In this document: positions 32,066 through 42,108 of the stretch, in pieces
Position numbering within the stretch: position 1 is the first letter of the stretch
Layout: every line of letters begins with the position of its first letter
From: an uncultured Verrucomicrobiae bacterium
Lineage (GTDB): Bacteria > Verrucomicrobiota > Verrucomicrobiia > Chthoniobacterales > JAFAMB01
Length of the DNA: 64,000 nucleotides
Direction of reading: 5' to 3'
Assembly (NCBI GenBank): GCA_963837955.1
Contig: CAWIPH010000002.1
Location: forward strand, 4,416,001-4,480,000
Notes under the pieces: model-generated
Databases searched by the model: none
Told to the model about the DNA's origin: nothing
What the model saw: only the letters and a program-made list of their open reading frames with translations
Position numbers and translations under genes: made by a program

Positions 32066-32285
32066 CTCACGCAAAGACGCGTTGCACGGTAGGGCTGAGC
32101 TTCCGACTTCGCGACGTTAGTCGGAAATCGTATCATCACCTGGTGGATGCTTCGTCGGACACGCCTGCTCGGCCGGAAAATCTCACGCAAAGTCGCAAAG
32201 ACGCGAAGCCGGATTTGAAATTTTCACATGAGCTCGCAGAGACGGAGAAGACCTTCTTAACAGGAGCTCACAGAGACAACGGAGA
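32066..32285. repeat. 220-bp composite repeat, inverted partner of 27167-27386
   Basis: Manual alignment. Confidence 0.88.
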
Positions 32286-32514
32286 GCCCGTTCAACTCGC
32301 ATCGAAACTCTGTTTAGAGGTTTTTTCCGGCAATCGTTCCGCGTCCGGTATTCCGTTCCCGGCGTTACACATACCAATTCTAAATTCTGGATTCTAGATT
32401 CTGCCTCTCAACCTTTGCGTCTTGGCGCCTTTGCGTGAGATAAGCCCTGCCGAGCGCGTCTTTGCGTGAGATTTGCTCCCTTCCCAATCCGCGCTCATTG
32501 ATAGACTGTGTCGC

Positions 32515-32775
32515 GTGAACGAGAGATTTTTCGAAATTACATCTAGAGAAGATAAGATCGCGTACGTCCCCTTGAGTCAATTAGTCAGGATTGAATCGAG
32601 TCCGCGAGGAGGAATATTTCTGAACTTTTCGGAAAACTTCCAGGTGAACATCGAAATAGCCGATGGCGCCGAATCGGCAGCTGTAAAAAGCTTGTATAAA
32701 GAAATTGCCTCCGCCTCCACCGATCCCATCCGCTTGAATCCCGAAACCCTGAATATCACCCACATTCATTTTTAA
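32515..32775 (+). CDS. Small hypothetical protein
   Basis: ORF in non-repeat DNA, probable GTG start at 32515; globular composition. Confidence 0.5.
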   Translation: MNERFFEITSREDKIAYVPLSQLVRIESSPRGGIFLNFSENFQVNIEIADGAESAAVKSLYKEIASASTDPIRLNPETLNITHIHF

Positions 32776-32941
32776 TTCGCCGAGTAGCGAAGAGCACCAT
32801 CTCTCACCCTCGGCGCGACGACCGGCCTCTTCGAGAAAACGCTTGAAGATTGCTTCGGATCTTCAGAGAAAGCGCAAGGCCGTGAGAGCAATTTGAAAGG
32901 TTTGGGGCTGGCCCTCATTTATGCGTTGCTCAACAATCTGA

Positions 32942-33394
32942 ATGAAGCCCGAACACGTTCACCGCCTTCCCGACCTGACCTTGGCCCCGTTCCGCCTATG
33001 GGTTCTCGGACGAGAATTCCCTGATTCTTTCGATCACTGGGACGGCAATTGGCTCACAGTGATGGCTCGCTGTGATCTAGCAGGGGCAAAGGTAACAACC
33101 TGCGGTCCCTGGATTCATCTAAGTGAGTTGGAAGCCTGGCGATGCGAGCTGCAAGAAATGGATCGGACGACTTCCGGAACCGCTTACTTAAACTGCATAG
33201 AAGCAAACATTAAGATCGTTGTTGCCGCAAAAAAGCCAGGGCAACTCTCCGTTATTGTCGATATCACCCCAGACAACGCGACACAGAGTCATCGTTTTCA
33301 TCTCGAAATGGATCAAACTTTCCTGCACCCCGTAGCTTCGGAACTCACCGAGATCCTGAGAAAATATCCTCAAAGGGGTCGAGGCAATCAGTAG
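32942..33394 (+). CDS. Hypothetical protein, possibly immunity-protein-like (WDGNWL motif)
   Basis: 150-aa ORF with ATG; family assignment tentative. Confidence 0.6.
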   Translation: MKPEHVHRLPDLTLAPFRLWVLGREFPDSFDHWDGNWLTVMARCDLAGAKVTTCGPWIHLSELEAWRCELQEMDRTTSGTAYLNCIEANIKIVVAAKKPGQLSVIVDITPDNATQSHRFHLEMDQTFLHPVASELTEILRKYPQRGRGNQ

Positions 33395-33663
33395 CGCGGG
33401 AAAGGATTTTTTGATCACTCGCAGACCCAGATGCCATCTCCTGACTTCTAACTTCTGTTTGCTGCTTTTCCGACGTGCGACCAATGTTGAAGGAGGTTTA
33501 GATTTGACCCCAGTTCTGACCAGCTTGCGTCGTCTCAGATTCTTTCCTTAATCTGAAACCTTTGCGTCTTGGCGTCTTTGCGTGAGATTTTTCCGTTCAC
33601 CAATCACCTCTCACTTCCTCTCTTTGCGTCTTGGCGTCTTGGCGTGAGATCTTCCTCACTCGC

Positions 33664-34434
33664 TCAGAAATATTGAATTGCCAGATGGACGAGCTCGAGA
33701 ACAATCACAGCTACCAGGATGCGAAACACCCAGGTGCGAGCTTTCTCGTGACTCGATAGCTTCGCACCAAAATAACCGCCCAACAGACTGCCGGCTGAGA
33801 GAAGAAGACCTTCGGTCCACCAAATGTTGCCAGCCCGAGCGAATAGAGCGATCGGCACCAACGTGGTCGTCACCAGCAAGAACACTTTCAACGCGTTCGC
33901 GTGCGGCAGATCGTACCCGAACAACAGAATAAGCACGAGTAAGAGATAGGTTGCGCCGTCGAGAACGATAAAACCGAGCCAGACGCCTACAAAAGATAAT
34001 ACAAATAGCCCAAGAGCAGTGATGCGCGGAGTTCGATTATAATCTTTGGCCAACGCTTCCTTGAGCTTGGTGAAGAGCAACAGTAGTGCGACCAGCACGG
34101 CGGCGGTGATGATCAGTCCGAGCTCCCGATTATGAAGCGTTTCGGCTAAGTAAACGCCCACAGCGCTACCTAGTGTTGCGGGGAGCACGATCTTCCAGGC
34201 TGCCGGCCAATCGATTTTCCCTTCGGCTTGAAAAGTCCGCAATGCCATCAATGAACCAAATAAGACAGGCAATCGATTGGTCGCGTTAGCGGCTAGTGCA
34301 GGCAAACCAAGAGTTAACAGCATCGGGAGCGAGATCGCCGATCCGGAGGAAGCGAGAGTGTTAATGAAGCCACAGGCAATGCCGGCAACGAGCAGTACCA
34401 TTACGTACGGAACGAGGGTGGCGACAGCTTCCAT
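33664..34434 (-). CDS. TauE/SafE (TSUP) family sulfite exporter
   Basis: GFINTLASSGS, ANATNR, about 8 TM segments, GSLLGGYFGAK. Confidence 0.9.
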   Translation of the reverse strand: MEAVATLVPYVMVLLVAGIACGFINTLASSGSAISLPMLLTLGLPALAANATNRLPVLFGSLMALRTFQAEGKIDWPAAWKIVLPATLGSAVGVYLAETLHNRELGLIITAAVLVALLLLFTKLKEALAKDYNRTPRITALGLFVLSFVGVWLGFIVLDGATYLLLVLILLFGYDLPHANALKVFLLVTTTLVPIALFARAGNIWWTEGLLLSAGSLLGGYFGAKLSSHEKARTWVFRILVAVIVLELVHLAIQYF

Positions 34435-35257
34435 TGTTTGCAGTTGCTAAGGCCGAAATAACAAAGGCGGAGGGGGTAAACACTAGGCTACCAGGGACGA
34501 AGAAAAATCGTCAAGCTCTCCCGGAATACGACCAACCGGAAGGGGATCTCACGCCAAGACGCAAAGACGCAAAGGATGGGACAGCAGAATCTAGAATTTG
34601 GAAGCTAGAATTTAGAATCGGTCGGCGTAGGCGAAGCGCATGACAAATCACAGATAACAAATCGTCCTCGTGCTCGTCGTCGTCCTCGAAAGGTTAAAGA
34701 CGGAGGAAAAACCTCACGCAAAGACGCCAAGACGCAAAGAGGGGAAGTGAAAGGTGATTGGTGATTAGTGAACGGAACACAAGCGCACGGGACGGTTGAG
34801 CTCCTAGATCCTAAATACTAAATCCTAGCTCCTTTTCTTGCTTCACAAAAGCTCACAGAGACCGAAGAAGACCTTTTTAACAGGAGCTCACAGAGACAAC
34901 GGAGAGATCGTTCAGCTCACGTCGAACCTCTGTTTCCTCCGTTTCCTCCTGTTTAACCGTTTTTCCGGCAATCTCCCATATTCCCGTTCCCGGCGTTCCC
35001 GGCGTTCCCGGCGTTTAATCAGCTATCTCATTCGCTTCTCCGTTTCCTTCTGTTCAAAACAATTCGAGATTCTAAATTCTGGATTCTGGATTCTGCCTCC
35101 CAACCTTTGCGTCTTAGCGTCTTTGCCTGAGATCATTCCTGAAAACGCTGTTCCCCGTTGCCGCATTCTGTTAGTTCTGGGTGAATCGCAACCAGTTTCC
35201 TAACCATAACCCAATACGACGATAAATAACCGAACCCCTGGAACGCTCCGAAACGAC

Positions 35258-35962
35258 GTGACGTTTGCCCGCCTCGTCCTGCTCGTATTTGCGCTGCTCA
35301 CATCCTGTGCCGCGTCGGAACACTCCACGTTTATCACCGTTACCACGCAGCCAGCCAATGTCGGTGATGCCGGGATCGCGGCGCGTGCCTATCACGATTC
35401 CGGCGCCTATGATCGCGACCTGGCGGTAGTTGCCAATAAGGCAGCGAGTTGGATAACCGAACGCGCCGCTAGCGCTCACCGGCCCGCGCTGGTACTCGAC
35501 ATTGACGAGACAGCGCTGTCGAACTGGGAGATCATCAAGCTGGATGACTTCGGCCGGCCAATCCAGGGGCCATGCAACCCTGGTTCTGGCGCACCCTGCG
35601 GTTGGGCTGCTTGGGATCAGCTTGCGCGCGATCCGCCGATCCAGCCCACGCTGCAGGTATTCCGCACGGCACGCGCTGCCAACGTCGCTGTGTTCTTCAT
35701 CACTGGGCGTCCGGAATCGCAGCGCGCCGCGACAGAGCGCAATTTGCGCAAGGCGGGTTTCGGAGACTACGCCAGACTCTTCATGGTGCCGAACGGCGCG
35801 CACTACGCCTCCGCCGCAGATTTTAAGACGCCGGTGCGCATCGAGATCGAAAAGCTGGGCTACACCATCATCGCTAATATGGGCGACCAGCCCTCCGATT
35901 TGCGCGGTGGTCACGCGGAGAAGAAATTTCTTCTACCCGATCCGTTCTACCGAGTGCCATGA
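35258..35962 (+). CDS. HAD-superfamily secreted acid phosphatase (probable lipoprotein)
   Basis: LTSC lipobox, DIDETAL, FITGR, GDQPSD. Confidence 0.9.
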   Translation: MTFARLVLLVFALLTSCAASEHSTFITVTTQPANVGDAGIAARAYHDSGAYDRDLAVVANKAASWITERAASAHRPALVLDIDETALSNWEIIKLDDFGRPIQGPCNPGSGAPCGWAAWDQLARDPPIQPTLQVFRTARAANVAVFFITGRPESQRAATERNLRKAGFGDYARLFMVPNGAHYASAADFKTPVRIEIEKLGYTIIANMGDQPSDLRGGHAEKKFLLPDPFYRVP

Positions 35963-36247
35963 GGCAGTGGATCTCACGCAAAGTTGGATTTTAAATTTTC
36001 ACGAAGGCTCGCAGAGACCGAGAAGAGCTTTTTTTTAACAGGAGCTCACAGAGACGACGGAGAAACCAGGTCTCACGCAAAGTCGGATTTTAAAATTCTC
36101 ACAATAGATCGCAGAAACGGAGAAGACTTTCTTAACAGGAGCTCACAGAGATAACGGAGAAACCATTCAACTCAGGTCGAAGCTAGAAGATTTCAAGTCG
36201 CGCCGCAAACGCCGGAAGTGAAACCGCTAATCGATGCAAATGATTTT

Positions 36248-36621
36248 CACGCTGACTTGTCCGACGAAGCCTCTTCCGACGTCCGAACCATGGCTGATAG
36301 TTGGCGAAGTTGGACTTGTCCGCCATAGCCCGTCCCCTCAAAGCCAATATTCTAAATATGTTTGGCGGCGGCGGAAAGCGTAAGAAAGCTCAGCCCATGT
36401 CCCATCCGGTTATTTCAACAGGTCCGTCGGGCCTTCATTTGCTATCTGCTATTTGCTATTTGTCATGCGCTTCGCCCGGGAGGCTTTGCGGAACCCTGGG
36501 TCAGGGTGAAGTGTAACGTAACCCTCGGGGTAGCAAAGTTAGCAAAGACGGTCAGTACTGACTACCGGTCAGAGCGCCTCCATCCGCAATCTGTCATTTG
36601 TCATCTGTCATGCGCTTCGCC
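36248..36621. repeat. About 370-bp composite repeat, direct copy at about 60727-61158
   Basis: Shared module order and sequence with 60727-61158. Confidence 0.8.
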
Positions 36622-36745
36622 TACGCCGACCGATTCTAAATTCTACTGTTCATCTTTGCGTCTTGGCGTCTTTGCGTGAGGTTATTTCCGGCCGAGCGGG
36701 AGCTCAGCCCTACCGGTCTTTGCGTCTTTGCGTGAGATCCATCTG

Positions 36746-37087
36746 TTATGCGCTTCGCACGCCACTCCAACGACGAAGTTCGATCTGTTCGTCGGCTGGC
36801 TTATAACGGTCGACGGACGACAAATCATCTACGACACAGATGTTTCGGATCTCTCCTTTGACTGTAGCAACAGCAATTAAAGCGCGATCAGACAGGATCT
36901 CGTCTACGTACGCTCCAACCGCATCGGCCGTATCTAGCCCAGACAATGCCCCCAGGACGTTGCCGTCCGTATGCGAATCAACGCCGGCAAATCCAATTAT
37001 GATATCGCCACCGTCATCATGCTCAACCAGTAACCGGAGGCGTCCGTCCGGACTTACATGTTCTTCATCGACGTACAGCATTTTCAT
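36746..37087 (-). CDS. Hypothetical acidic protein (113 aa)
   Basis: ATG-started ORF between repeat blocks. Confidence 0.65.
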   Translation of the reverse strand: MKMLYVDEEHVSPDGRLRLLVEHDDGGDIIIGFAGVDSHTDGNVLGALSGLDTADAVGAYVDEILSDRALIAVATVKGEIRNICVVDDLSSVDRYKPADEQIELRRWSGVRSA

Positions 37088-37349
37088 AAACTATTAACAC
37101 CGGCGCCACCCGTTGGAGGTCCCCTTTTCCAGTTTTATCTTTTTCTCAAAGACCACGAAGGCCCTTTTTCAACAGAAGCTAACAGAGAGAACGTTCAGTT
37201 TGTCTCGAATCTCTGTCTTCTCCGTTTCCTCCTGTTCAAAACAATTCGAGATTCCAAATTCTAATTTCCAACTTCTAAATTCTGCCTCCCAACCTCCGCG
37301 TCTTTGCGTGAGATTCATTTGTCATTTGTCATCTGTCATTTCTCCGAGC

Positions 37350-37664
37350 CTACCGGTGCCCACCGCCGCCGTGGCCACCGCCACCACCGTGGAATCCACC
37401 GCCTCCATGGAATCCGCCGAAGGCATGGCTAGCTGCAAAATGACTTGCGCCGAACGAATGCCCGAAGAAATGGTGTCCCCCATAATGGTTGTGATAGGAA
37501 ACTCCTCCGACCACAAAATCGCCGCCGTAGAACGGCCCGTCTGGATAGTACGGACCGAAGCCACCAATGTAAGGGCCATCATAAGGACCGGAAACAAAGG
37601 CATCACCAGCGCATCCGCCGAGCAGAAGAATTGCGCCAGCGGCAACTAAGAGTTTGATTTTCAT
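37350..37664 (-). CDS. Gly/His/aromatic-rich small lipoprotein
   Basis: MKIK..LLLGGC lipobox; low-complexity GGFHGGGG tail. Confidence 0.75.
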   Translation of the reverse strand: MKIKLLVAAGAILLLGGCAGDAFVSGPYDGPYIGGFGPYYPDGPFYGGDFVVGGVSYHNHYGGHHFFGHSFGASHFAASHAFGGFHGGGGFHGGGGGHGGGGHR

Positions 37665-37683
37665 GACGTGTTTACCTTTCGAG

Positions 37684-38214
37684 TTATTTCCCGATCTTGA
37701 AATCGGCCGCTCGATCGAATTCCTGTTTCTCCTGAGCCGATAGCTCGTTGTACTGAACCCGAACGGTATAACCGCCTACCAGTTTGCCGTGATCGATGTA
37801 GAGCCAGTCGGAAATTTCGTTCGGATTAACCGAAACGAGTTGACCCAGCTTCAGTTTTCGGATCTTGCGAGGTTGGTTATCTACCCGGCCCTGGAACCGG
37901 TTGCCGACGAACTGCAGATCCGACAGCCAGATATGTTCTACCTGACCGTTTTCAATAAACGGTTTTTTGATCTCGAAATCCTGCTGACCCGGTGCGGGAT
38001 GCTTCAGCGCAGTAATAAATCTTCCAACTGTTTTCCGTGCCTCGGTAACAGCACGATGCATCGCGGCGTGATCTTTCGGCGCCTCAAAGTATGGAGGTTC
38101 AGCACTGCTCTTCTCGAGCCCTTGTGCCTTGTCAGCCGCTTGAGCGCTGAAACCCGAAAGCACCAATGCGCCAATAGCTATAAGGAAATAGATTGGCCTG
38201 CGATTATCTTCCAT
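37684..38214 (-). CDS. YegJ/DUF2314 family protein, secreted
   Basis: AM..A..EARKT, EHIW, ISDW, GGYT; signal peptide; start at ATG 38214. Confidence 0.85.
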   Translation of the reverse strand: MEDNRRPIYFLIAIGALVLSGFSAQAADKAQGLEKSSAEPPYFEAPKDHAAMHRAVTEARKTVGRFITALKHPAPGQQDFEIKKPFIENGQVEHIWLSDLQFVGNRFQGRVDNQPRKIRKLKLGQLVSVNPNEISDWLYIDHGKLVGGYTVRVQYNELSAQEKQEFDRAADFKIGK

Positions 38215-38468
38215 TTGATAACCTGCCGTTCGTCTAAATCGACGGCAATCAGTCAAGAGAGTAGAAACTATTAATGCGAAAGTGTGATTTCCGATGGTGA
38301 TGCCTCACGCAAAGCCGCGAAGGTGAATGTGAAAGGTGAGACGTGGTTGGTAATTGGTAGAAGAGAAGAAAGTCTCACGCAAAGACGGATTTCAAATTTT
38401 CACAAAAGCTCGCAAAGACCGAAGAAGACCTTTTTAACGGAGCTCACAGAGACAACGGAGAAACCGGG

Positions 38469-38682
38469 TCTCACGCAAAGACGCGAAGACGCAAGGGTAT
38501 GAAGGTTAAGAGGCTGGCTTTTTCTTTGTTCGGAATGTTTTCGTGATCTCTGTGTTCCTTTGTGAAACCCTTCCTCCTTTGCTTCCTTCTGTTCAAAATC
38601 AGTCTTAGCGTCTTTGCGTCTTTGCGTGAGATTCATTTGTCATTTGTCATTTGTCATCTGTCATTTGTCATGCGCTTCGCCC
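38469..38682. repeat. About 200-bp repeat, direct copy at 41108-41297
   Basis: Shared core GAGGCTGGCTTT.TCTTTGTTCGGAATGTTTTCGTGATCTCT; bounded by TCTCACGC...GCG(T/A)GAGA. Confidence 0.85.
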
Positions 38683-38743
38683 CCCCCATTTTCTAGATTT
38701 TCTAGATTGACCGTTAATCGCGTTCCTGCTCCTATCGTCCGCG

Positions 38744-38977
38744 ATGAAACGAATTTTGTTACCGTTAGTGCTCGGCTTCGTCGTCTCGGTCAGTTTTATC
38801 GGCTCGGCGAACGCTGGGCAGCCCAACATGGAAGCAGCGCTGAGCGACCTCCGTGCCGCTCGCGCAAGTCTTGAGAAGTCAGAGGCAAATAAAGCGGGCC
38901 ATCGAAATAGAGCCATCCAGCTAGTCGACCAGGCGATCGCTGAAGTGAGGGCAGGCTTGGCAGCAGGCAGCCGCTAG
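38744..38977 (+). CDS. Small secreted helical protein (77 aa)
   Basis: Signal peptide ending ANA; QPNMEAAL...NKAGHR..AI pattern. Confidence 0.75.
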   Translation: MKRILLPLVLGFVVSVSFIGSANAGQPNMEAALSDLRAARASLEKSEANKAGHRNRAIQLVDQAIAEVRAGLAAGSR

Positions 38978-39258
38978 CTTGGTTTATCTTGCTAGATTAA
39001 ACGTTTTCCTTGGCGATAGCCTTGCCGCGGTGTGAGACGGCGGCCCACACCAGGAACACAATTTCCCTGACTACCCTGAACCGCGAATGGGCGCGAATTA
39101 AGAGTCCTTTATTCGTGTGTATCCGCAGCCTATTCGCGGTTAAGAAACAGAAAATCTCCGACTCCATTCGCGGTTTCTTTTGCTCAGCTGGCGAAGGCTT
39201 GACGCCGAGCATAACGATCCCGCGCGGGCCCTGGGGGGCCATTAGACACGCGGACAAA

Positions 39259-40440
39259 TCAGAAATCCCACGCCGTCAACCGGCGAACCTTATCACCCGG
39301 CTCAAACTCCTTCAGGCCGGTAGGAGCTCCGGCCAATGCTGACTCCAAATCCTCGAGCACAACTCGGAGCGGAGCTTTCACCGACTGCTCACAGAAACGG
39401 GTCGTAGAAGCATCAAAGGATCCGGTCTCGAAGAGCTTATTCGCAGGGGCGCCACCACCGCAGACTTCGAAGTAATCGCAAGTCTCTTGGCAGCGCTTCA
39501 CGCCCGCAAAAACGTCGGTAGATAAGCGTTTGAATTTTGCTGAATCAAGAGCCCCGCGCGGAGAATCGGTTTTGATGTTCCCGATTTCCAGAGGTCCATA
39601 CGCTTCCGACTTCATACCGAGTAACTCAGGCGAGAACGTCGTAAAATCGCCTTCCACCGAGACGGTAAATATTCGATAAGGGTAGACCTGCGTATTGAAA
39701 TCGCTGGCTCCGCCCGCCGCAATTGAACCGCAGGCGTTCTCGAATTCGCGGATCGGAGGATCAAATGAATCTGCCTTTCCGAGATAATAAAGCTCCCGAA
39801 AGAACTGTTCAACGCGATCTGTCCGATCGGTCAAGCTACTGCTCTGATGGACTCCTTCTTGCTCTTCGACATTGAACGCCAGCAGTACCGGCTTGAGCGA
39901 AACGAGGAATTCATAGATTTCCTTGGCATGATCGAGTGAATTTTCGCCGATCACCGAAATCGTGTGAAATTCAATTTCGTTTTCTTGCAGGGCCCTAATT
40001 CCCCGCAACGTCTTATCCAGCGTACCACGACCGCTCCACGATTTCCGAGAGCGATCATGGATATAATCGGGACCATCGATACTGACGCCCACGGCGATCC
40101 GGTGTTCCTTGATAAAATCGCACCACGCCTTGTCGATCAGTGTCGCATTGGTTTGGAAGTGGTGCACGACGTCGCAGGAATCGCCTAGTACCTCCTTAAC
40201 GGCTGCAAAATATTCCGCATAGAGCTCCCTCCGGGCAACCGTCGGTTCGCCGGCATGCCAGACGATACTCAACTCCGGATCGAACAGCCCCTCATCCTTC
40301 AGCTTTTGGACTGTGGTCCTTACGATATCCACGCTCATGGTCCGCTTGTCTTGGCGGTCCGGCAGATAGCAGTAAGTACAGTTAAGATTACAAAAGGGAG
40401 TGGGCTGAAAAATTAATAACTGAACCGGCGACACCTCCAT
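39259..40440 (-). CDS. grrM: Radical SAM/SPASM peptide maturase, GrrM/OscB-type (cyclophane-forming)
   Basis: QPTPFCNLNCTYCYL, WHAGEP, TFSPELL, SPASM Cys cluster CQETCDYFEVCGGG...C; directly downstream of a Gly/Trp-rich precursor. Confidence 0.88.
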   Translation of the reverse strand: MEVSPVQLLIFQPTPFCNLNCTYCYLPDRQDKRTMSVDIVRTTVQKLKDEGLFDPELSIVWHAGEPTVARRELYAEYFAAVKEVLGDSCDVVHHFQTNATLIDKAWCDFIKEHRIAVGVSIDGPDYIHDRSRKSWSGRGTLDKTLRGIRALQENEIEFHTISVIGENSLDHAKEIYEFLVSLKPVLLAFNVEEQEGVHQSSSLTDRTDRVEQFFRELYYLGKADSFDPPIREFENACGSIAAGGASDFNTQVYPYRIFTVSVEGDFTTFSPELLGMKSEAYGPLEIGNIKTDSPRGALDSAKFKRLSTDVFAGVKRCQETCDYFEVCGGGAPANKLFETGSFDASTTRFCEQSVKAPLRVVLEDLESALAGAPTGLKEFEPGDKVRRLTAWDF

Positions 40441-40452
40441 ACGTAGGGGTGT

Positions 40453-40836
40453 TTACAGATTACCCCACTTGTGCCAGCCGATCTTTCCCCATCCGCCATT
40501 ACCCCAACCACCGTTGCCCCATCCGTTCCTGGGATGAAAGCCGCCGTTGCCCCAACCACCGTTCCCCCATGCAGGGCCGATTTTGCCCCAGCCGCCTTTG
40601 CCCCACTTGTGCCAATTCCACCAATTGACCCTCACTCCATCTACTTCTTTCGTTGCACCGAGCTGGTCGGTTGCAGCCTGGGATAACATTTGCCTGACTT
40701 TAGCCACTCGCGCTCGGATGCTTCCGCTATCGCCGTTCGCTGTAACGGCGGGATTGGCTTTAGCATCCTTTGGCAGAAGGCCGACGCACGCTGCAATTTG
40801 CAAAGCAACCGCGATAATTGAATTCGATTTTTTCAT
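40453..40836 (-). CDS. grrA: Gly/Trp-rich RiPP precursor, GrrA/OscA-type (127 aa)
   Basis: ATG 40836; hydrophobic N-terminus, SIRARVAKVR leader element, core with repeated WGN/WGK/WHK. Confidence 0.85.
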   Translation of the reverse strand: MKKSNSIIAVALQIAACVGLLPKDAKANPAVTANGDSGSIRARVAKVRQMLSQAATDQLGATKEVDGVRVNWWNWHKWGKGGWGKIGPAWGNGGWGNGGFHPRNGWGNGGWGNGGWGKIGWHKWGNL

Positions 40837-41107
40837 GTACCCTACTTCGGGAGATAGCTGAGAAACTATTTCCTCGGGGCGCAAGACTAGGGAAATCATC
40901 GATCTCTGCCAAGCCGAATCGCAACAATTCCGAAATTCATTGTTATCACGAAATCTATTGACACTCAATAACGTGACCCGAACAAAACAGACGCAGCTTC
41001 AGCTACAGCGTTTCCCGGACCACGAAGCACACTAAAACCTCACGCCAAGTCGCAAAATGTGAATGTGCGAGATGAGAAGTGAAAGGTGATTGGTGTACGG
41101 CTTAAAA

Positions 41108-41297
41108 TCTCACGCAAAGACGCGAAGACGCAAAGGTTTGAAATTTGAGAGGCTGGCTTTCTCTTTGTTCGGAATGTTTTCGTGATCTCTCTGTTCCTTT
41201 GTGAAAAACCCTTCCTCCTTTGCTACCTTCTGTTACCTTCTGTTCAAAATCTGTCTTAGCGTCTTTGCGAGAGATTCATTTGTCATGCGCTTCGCCC
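41108..41297. repeat. About 190-bp repeat, direct copy of 38469-38682
   Basis: Manual alignment. Confidence 0.85.
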
Positions 41298-41395
41298 GTC
41301 CCTGTCCTGACTTCTAAATTCTAGATTCTGTATTCCAGCTTTGCGTGAGGTTCTAACGAGCTGCTCACCGCATCGATCTTCCCGTCTCTCAACCT

Positions 41396-41782
41396 TCATA
41401 CTTTTGCGTCTTTGCGTCTTTGCGTGAGATTTTTCCGGCCGCGTCTTTGCGTGAGATGGTTTCCGCTGCCTGGAGGCCGGAACTTAACCGTTTTCTTTGC
41501 CGCCAGGTCAATCTCTTCGGGCGTGAGCAACACGATCGTCTTCCCCCGTATCGTGCCCGTTGCGCTGACAGTCAACGAGACCGCAGCGGTAGTTACATGG
41601 TCAGGTTGCTCCGTGATGATATAGGCATCGTTTTCACCGAACGCGAAATAGAAAGCCTCAAGGCGTCCGCCCAGACTTTTCATCAACTTCTCGACAGCAG
41701 CGCGCCGCGCTGAACCGCCCTCTTTGAGCAGGCCCTTTGCTCCCTCAGCGGTGTAGGAAACCACCGTCAGATACTTCGGCAT
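41396..41782 (-). CDS. GYD domain-containing protein
   Basis: YTAEGAKGLL, YFAFGEND, LLTPEEID; C-terminal about 20 aa read through repeat DNA. Confidence 0.88.
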   Translation of the reverse strand: MPKYLTVVSYTAEGAKGLLKEGGSARRAAVEKLMKSLGGRLEAFYFAFGENDAYIITEQPDHVTTAAVSLTVSATGTIRGKTIVLLTPEEIDLAAKKTVKFRPPGSGNHLTQRRGRKNLTQRRKDAKV

Positions 41783-42108
41783 AGTTCAATTCCAGGGATA
41801 AAGTGGACCTGTGCGACTTACGACCGTCAGACTAAACGGCGCTCCCGATGAAAGCAACAAGGCGCCAAGCCGTGCGCCGACACGCCGTAACGCCGTATCG
41901 CTTTTGGTGTCGTCTCTCTTTGCGCCTTTGCGTCTTTGCGTGAGATTTTAACGAGCTGCTTACTGTTCACTGCTCACTGCATCGATCTTCCCGTCTTCAA
42001 TTCCTAATACCTTTGCGTCTTGGCGTCTTTGCGTGAGATAATTTCGGCCGAGCGGAAGCTCAGCCCTACCGAGCGCGTCTTTGCGTGAGATCTTAAGCCT
42101 TCCGTTTC

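Noticed and set aside
35171..35914. 247-aa minus-strand ORF
   Set aside because: Antisense shadow of the acid phosphatase, which has clear motifs
40837..40968. 44-aa N-terminal extension of the precursor ORF
   Set aside because: ATG 40836 with a purine-rich upstream sequence and a signal-like start is more plausible
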